Shown: positions 35,801-41,224 of the stretch, piece after piece
Numbering within the stretch: the stretch's first letter is position 1
Layout of the letters: every line of letters starts with the position of its first letter
Origin: Rhizaria sp. SCN 62-66
Lineage: Eukaryota
NCBI GenBank assembly: GCA_001724265.1
Contig: MEDY01000278.1
Location: 1 to 41,224 of the forward strand
Length of the DNA: 41,224 nt
Reading direction: 5' to 3'
The notes under the pieces: generated by a model
The model's database searches: none
What the model saw: the letters and a program-made list of their open reading frames with translations, nothing else
Told to the model about the DNA's origin: nothing
Program-made: the position numbers and the translations under genes

Positions 35801-36186
35801 GCGCCACGGCTGCCGCTCCGGCAACCGCTGCTGACACCGCTGCTGCTGCTGATGCTATTTCTGCCTCCAACGCGGGTGCTGAGGCTGCAAACGGTGACTC
35901 CGAGCAACAACAACATAGCAGCAATGACAATTACACGCAGCAGTCTCGACTATCTGAGGAGGAGGAGGACGACCCCGACCCGGCAGCGCTGGCCGCGGCG
36001 ACTGGCTGCGTGCCAATGAGCGACGAGCTGCTGCGCGAGATCGTCGCCGTGTGGCGTGCCTGGGACCACAAGTGCCTCACCGTCACCGCGTTTGCGCACG
36101 CGCCAGTGCCAGAGGAGGCCGGCGGTCCGTTCCTGACGGCGCGTCCACCCACGGTGCTGATTCCGCGCGATCACGATAACGTCTAA
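21835..36186 (+). CDS. Giant (~4,783 aa) TMEM94/KIAA0195-like, P-type-ATPase-related membrane protein with massive low-complexity insertions; C-terminal half of the family absent
   Basis: Single 14.3-kb ORF. Scattered blocks in TMEM94 order: N-terminal TM pair, VYRDGKW...LAPGDVI (23002-23295), second TM pair (25543-25940), VEALAAAGVLGTLDRRGILS (32761-32820; cf. DKQGILS/DKTGTLT), SCLCLLAHEAGF (~33454), QVFSRGDPGLVLAACRRAWD (~34705), PMSDELLREI...TAFAHAP (~36013-36105). Ends TAA TGA. Confidence 0.7.
26336..27830 (+). repeat. Coding hexanucleotide-type repeats (cgtgac/cgcgag variants) encoding RD/RE/RS dipeptide tracts
   Basis: Two blocks (~26336-26680, ~27430-27830) translate as RERERDRDRD..., with poly-Ser and poly-Lys between them. 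Confidence 0.9.
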
Positions 36187-36507
36187 TGAACAGCGTTGGC
36201 GATTTTTAGTAAAGACGTACTGTGAGTGTGACAGTGTTGTTTTGAGAATATTAATACTAGTAACAAGAATTCATAACATTATATTAACGAGATACATAGC
36301 ATTCTTTATGTTTTGTCATGTTTTATGCCGAGATAAGTGGATTTGTGTGGAAAAACTGTTGTGGACAGGAATGTATTGAAAGCACTAGTGTAACGAGTAT
36401 TTACTAAGTAGGATTGAATCATGGGACGCAGCAGGAGGTGTACCGTGCTCGACATATCATTGTTCAATCAGAGCAGGACCGTTTGTCCGCTGTTCAAGTG
36501 TTTGCGC

Positions 36508-37344
36508 TCAAGCGGCAGGCTTCTCAGTCTTCTCTGGTGCAGAGGCAACAGCAGCGTTAGAAGCGGCAGCATTCGCGACAGGCGACCTATCGGGCGTGGG
36601 GGTCAGGTCATGCACACGCGTGTCTTCCTTCTGTGACTTCGGTACGACGCCAGCGGAGTCCTCGGCGCCCGCGGCCGCCACCGCAGCCTTGACAGCCTTC
36701 TGGTTGCTCGCGGCACTCGACGCAGCAGTCGCAGTCGAGTTGCCCTCGGCGTCCTTGGTGTCGGCGTCAGCGTCAAGGAAGTCCTGCACAATAGCCGCAA
36801 GACGGAAAAACGCTTCGTCCGCTTCCCCGGCGCGCACAGGCTCAAACGCAGCAGCGCCAGTGCTCGCCACGGCGCGAGAGCTGGCATTGGATGCTGAGAC
36901 ATTGCCGGCGCTAGAGCCCATGTCGGCGGCGTGGTCGAGAATGCTACGCGTGACAGGGTTGCGCTCGCTGCGCTGCACCGCGTTTGCGCCACGGCGCAGG
37001 GCGGAGGACGCCACAGAGGGCTTGGTGTTGCGCTCCGCGAGACGGGCGAGTTTGCGCTCGAGGTGCGCGACGTAGTCCTCCGAGGACGCGAAGGCTTGCA
37101 CCACGAGCCCGGGGGCCAGCTGGCTCACGCCGCCGGCGGGCAGGGGCAGTGCGGGAATCGGTGTTGGTGCAGGAGAGGCCGGGGTAGCTGGGTCAGAGAC
37201 AGAGAACGTCGTGGCAGTCGTGTCATTGCGCTTCTCAGTCTCACCTTCAGGAGAAGCTGTAGCGGAGTCGCAGACGGAGATGTTCTCGACAAGGGCGTGT
37301 TCCCCGAAAAAAGCATCATCAAAGTTTGCGTCAAAGTCGTCCAT
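36508..37344 (-). CDS. Hypothetical protein (~278 aa), possibly CCDC32-like
   Basis: GC-rich ORF between AT-rich flanks with ATG at 37344. Acidic Phe-rich N-terminus (MDDFDANFDDAFF). FASSEDYVAHLERKLARL resembles the CCDC32 core (DSExYLASLExKLxxI). Ends TGA. Confidence 0.55.
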   Translation of the reverse strand: MDDFDANFDDAFFGEHALVENISVCDSATASPEGETEKRNDTTATTFSVSDPATPASPAPTPIPALPLPAGGVSQLAPGLVVQAFASSEDYVAHLERKLARLAERNTKPSVASSALRRGANAVQRSERNPVTRSILDHAADMGSSAGNVSASNASSRAVASTGAAAFEPVRAGEADEAFFRLAAIVQDFLDADADTKDAEGNSTATAASSAASNQKAVKAAVAAAGAEDSAGVVPKSQKEDTRVHDLTPTPDRSPVANAAASNAAVASAPEKTEKPAA

Positions 37345-38319
37345 TGGCACTAATTATTAACCTAGTAACGGATCGTACATGCATATCTCGAAAGGTCTTT
37401 TGGTGCTGGCAAAAAAAGTGAGGGAGGCGGGCTTGGAGGCTGTACCGATAAATAGAAATCATTTTTGCGCTTTTGACTGACGGAGACTAAGTGCTTGTCG
37501 AACATACCGACCATTGTTCAGATGTAGGCCCAATTGGTCGCCTGAGACGTGCACGCTGCAAGACGGCAGGCTTAGCTGTGCGTCTCCGAGAGCTTGCAGG
37601 CTTCCAAGTTAGGTTGTGTTGATCAAGTCATGAGGCAAAAGTGACAGTGAGCACTGACCGTGTCAAACCTTGGGTCGACCCACTTTGAACAACGTTTCCG
37701 AAGGATATGAACGATCACAGCGCTTATGACCCATCAACATCGAATGATATTGCTCTTGTCATTTTGCAGCACATGGTTGCACGCTGTTTGACTGTTTCTG
37801 TGTTGGGGAATTCCTGCTCTTTGGGTGATGTCCTTGGGTCATTGACTGTGCACACTTTCCCCCCCACAGCACATTTTTCAAATTTGCCATTACATATTGA
37901 TATGATCGCCACTGTAATGCGGACCATGCTATTAACCCCTGCGGAATAATTTCACTGTCTCTGCTTCACGCGAGTTAATGTTGTATATATCGCGCTATCT
38001 TGAGTAAAGTAGACGCTCGCGCTCATCGTCTCACCGTCACTTGCTTCCTCGCCCCTCCCTCCTGCTTCGTATCTTGGTCAGTCCTCTTTCTTTTTCACTT
38101 CTCGGTCGTTGCTCCGAGATTTCCACCGCGCACCCTCGCTTTCCGACCCCCTTAGCGCCCACAACCTTCGCGCTGTCGTGCTACAGTGCAATTCGCGCCC
38201 ACCTTCGAGTTCTTGTTTTTGAGTTCTTACACACCCAAGCGCCAGCTCGAGCTTCTCCTCGGTCCCCTCCCTGTCAATCTCACACTTTTTCAGTTGCTGT
38301 GACTGACTAAGCGCGCCCG

Positions 38320-39410
38320 ATGTCCGATTCCTCAAAGCCCCTGGATGACCCCGCTGCCGCGGCCGTCGCTGCCGCCGCCGCCGCGTCGATGCCCCCCGGC
38401 CCCAGCGCCGCGCTGCCGCCCGGCTCGCTGCCGCTTTTCTCCTCCGTGCCCGTGCCCGTGCCCGTGGTGCCCGTGCAGATGAACCACGGCCTCCAACCGC
38501 ACCCGCACCAGCACCCGCATGCGCACGCGCACCCTCACCAGCATCAGCACCCGCACCCGCAGCACCCGCAGCACCAACAGCATCCGCAACATCCGCAGCA
38601 GCATCCGCAGCACCCGCACATGCAGCACGTGCACCACCCAGGCGTCGGCGTCGGCGTCGCCGCGCTGCCCGTGCCCGTGCCTGTGCCCGTCGGCATGCCC
38701 GCCCCGTCGCAGCCGCCGCAGCCGCCCGCGGTGTCCGTCGCCGCGCCGCCGCCGTCCGCGATCCACCAGCAGCAGCACCAGCAGCAGCCCCACCAGGCGC
38801 ACCAGGGCCAGCCGCCCGTGATGCACACGATGAACATTGCCGCCGCCGCTGCCGCCGCCGCTGCCGCCGCCGCCGCAGCCGCCGGGTCCCCCCCACCGCC
38901 TCCATCCGGGGCCCCCGTCGCGGCCGTCACAGGCGTCACCATGCACCCGGGCCTGCCAGTGCCGGCTCCCGTCAACGCCAATGGCAGCAGCAACAACAAC
39001 ACCGCGAACAACAACGGGCAGAGCCCCGCGGCCGCTGCTGCCGCTGCTGCCGCCGCTGCCGCCGCCGCTGTGGCCGCGGCGACGGGCGGCGCGGGCCCCG
39101 CGGGCGCGAAGCTGCCGACGATGCTGCCGCCCCCAGCCGCGGCGGGCGGCTTCGCGGTCGCGCCCGCGACCTTCGTGCACGGCCCCAACGGCGGCGCCGT
39201 CGCCAACGTTACGCCCGTGCCTGCCGGCACCGGCGGCAGCATCGTCGCCGCAATCAACAAGGCCGTCGCCGACGCCACGGCGGTCAACGCGGCCGCCAAC
39301 GCGGCCGCCGCGGCGGCTGCGGCCAGCGCGGCGGGCGCGCGATCGATGGCCATGGGCGTGCCGTACAACGCCGCGGCCACCATGGCCAACGCGGCCGCAT
39401 ACGCCAAGCA

Positions 39411-39469
<59 letters not shown>

Positions 39470-41224
39470 GCCAGTCGGCACAATCGCAGCCGCCGCAGCA
39501 GCAGGGCCAGGGCCAGCAGCAAGGGCAGCAGCAGCAGCAGGGCCAGGGCCAGGGCCAGGGCAAGGTGACCGACCAGGCCGCCGCCGCTGCCGCCGCTGCC
39601 GCCGCCGCCGCCGTGGCCGCCGCGGCGGGCGCGCAATCGATGCCCGCGGGTCAGCCGCTGCCGGCGAACCACCCGCTGGCGTCTGCGATGCACGCACATG
39701 GCGTCGTGGGCCACGCGGTGCACCCACACGCGCACGCACAGCACGCGCACCACGGTCACGGCCACGGGCCGCACGCGCACGCGCACGGGCACATGTCCGT
39801 GGGCGCCGGCGTGGCTCCTCCCGCGGTCGGCGTGCCCGTGCCCGTCGGCGTCGCAGGCTCGGGGCTGGGCGCCGCGGCCGCCGCGGCCGCCGCTGCCGCC
39901 GCCGCCGCCGCCGCCGCAGCCGCCGCGAACAACCCCAACGGCGGCGGCGGCAACAGCAACGCTACCGCCGGCGGCGTGAATGCCAACAGCAACAGCAAGG
40001 TGGTCGTGGCCGCGCCCGGCCAGCCCCCCGCGGCGCCCCATGGCGCCCTCACGGCCCTCGGAGCCCATGGAACCCACGGGGCGCACGGGGCGCTGGGCGG
40101 TGGACATGTGATGAGCACGGCGTCCGGCCCCGCGGGCGGGTCGGGCTCCAACAACGGCGGCATCGCGCTGCCCGCCGAGACGATCGCCAACGCGCTGCCC
40201 GCGGGGCCCGTGACGGAGAATAGCGACGTGCACTACTCGACCGTGCCCGACCCCAGCAACCCCGCGCGCATGCTGCTGGTGTGCGCGACGTGCGAGAAGG
40301 TCTTCGCGCGCTTCTCCAACCTGCGGCGCCACGCGCGCACGCACGAGAACGTCAAGCCCTTCAAGTGCTCCTTCGAGGGCTGCGACCGCACGTTCTCGGA
40401 GTCGCACCACCTTAAGTCCCATTTCCGCACGCACACGGGCGAGCAACCCTTCGAGTGCGGCCAGTGCAACCGCCGCTTCGGCGACTCGTCCAACCTCACG
40501 CGCCACATGGTCTGCCACGGCCACGTCCGCGGCAAGCGCACCGGCCCCAACGCCGCCGCGGGCGCCAACGCTGCGGCCGGCGCGGCGGGCTTGCAGTCCA
40601 ACGCGCAGCTCGTGCTCGACCACATCGCGCGCTCCAGCGCCGCCGCGGCCGCCGGCTCCGGCGCTGGTGACGCCAGCGGCAGCGGCAACAACAGCGCCGC
40701 GACCACGGCCGCTGCGGTCGTCGCCGCCGCCGCTGCGGCTGCCGCGGCCGCCGCGGCCGCCGCGGCCAACAGCGGCGGCGACGGCGCAGGGTTACCCATG
40801 GACGACGACGGCAGCGCAGACGCGGCCACACGCCGCCGCCAGGCAGCCGCGTTAGCCCTGAACGCCGCCACCGCGGCCGCAGCCGCCGCCAACGGCGCCG
40901 CGGGCGCGGGCGCTCAGCCGCAGACGCTGGCCGCCATCGTGGCCAACTCCAACGCCGCCAACGCTGCGGCCGCCGCCGCCGCCGCCGCGGGCCGCGGGCG
41001 CAAGCGCCCCGCCTCTGCGGCCGCCACCGCCGCGGACGACGCCGCCGCGGGCAGCGACCCCTCCGACCCGTCCGCCGCCGCTGCCGCTGTGGCCGCCGCC
41101 GCCGCCGCTGTGGCCGCTGCCGCCGGTGACGCGAGCGCGGGCCGCGGCGGACGTCGCCGCGGCGCCAAGGACGCCGACGCCGGTCTGGTTGCGGGCGCCG
41201 CGGGGCCTGCAGGCGCCGCTGCCG
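38320..41224 (+). CDS. C2H2 zinc-finger transcription factor (3 tandem fingers), 3'-partial; missing from the ORF track because it has no stop in the window
   Basis: ATG 38320 (MSDSSKPLDDP...), frame +1 open to the window end. 40282-40518 encodes CATCEKVFARFSNLRRHARTH-ENVKPFK-CSFEGCDRTFSESHHLKSHFRTH-TGEQPFE-CGQCNRRFGDSSNLTRHMVCH. His/Pro/Gln-rich, poly-Ala and poly-Gln tracts upstream. Confidence 0.92.
39409..39468 (+). repeat. (CAG)n coding repeat, 20 consecutive Gln
   Basis: cag caa (cag)18 in frame within the zinc-finger gene. Confidence 0.95.

Noticed and set aside
21697-36174. Dozens of overlapping alternative-frame and antisense ORFs in the giant gene, including VTVT-rich ones
   Set aside because: Frame-shifted or complementary readings of RD/RS/Ala repeats; stop codons are scarce at this GC content.
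36184-36189. TAA also read as Gln (ciliate-type code), extending the giant ORF
   Set aside because: TGA follows immediately, and TAA coincides with the GC-to-AT transition at five gene ends, so it behaves as a true stop.
37707-37949. Short ORFs in the spacer between the CCDC32-like and zinc-finger genes
   Set aside because: Low GC, without the codon bias of real genes here and without a recognisable motif.
38332-40623. 763-aa minus-strand ORF, and the Cys-rich 38544-39563 ORF
   Set aside because: Antisense shadows of the C2H2 zinc-finger gene; the poly-Cys and poly-Leu runs are the complement of the CAG repeat.

Overview
This is gene-dense nuclear DNA from a flagellated microbial eukaryote (protist), not a prokaryote. 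GC-rich exons full of poly-Ala, Ser and Gln tracts alternate with AT-rich spacers and short spliceosomal introns. Ten protein-coding genes can be built by hand: a WASH-like VCA C-terminus whose 5' part is replaced by bacterial indolepyruvate:ferredoxin oxidoreductase-like sequence, a DUF455 ferritin-like protein, an Mdm34-like SMP protein, an MGCxxS-acylated disordered protein, jouberin/AHI1, a kinesin-2, a mitochondrial two-TM protein, a ~4,780-aa TMEM94-like protein, a CCDC32-like protein and a C2H2 zinc-finger protein that runs off the end. Four signals stand out. (1) Two in-frame TAG codons sit inside the otherwise intact DUF455 domain, and none of the nine complete genes ends in TAG, suggesting UAG is a sense codon (most parsimoniously Gln) while UAA and UGA remain stops. 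(2) All seven coding introns share the 5' splice site GTACG. (3) The TMEM94-like protein is hugely expanded and lacks its C-terminal half. (4) There is an in-frame bacterial/eukaryotic junction at about nt 330. Family assignments come from remembered motifs, not database searches.
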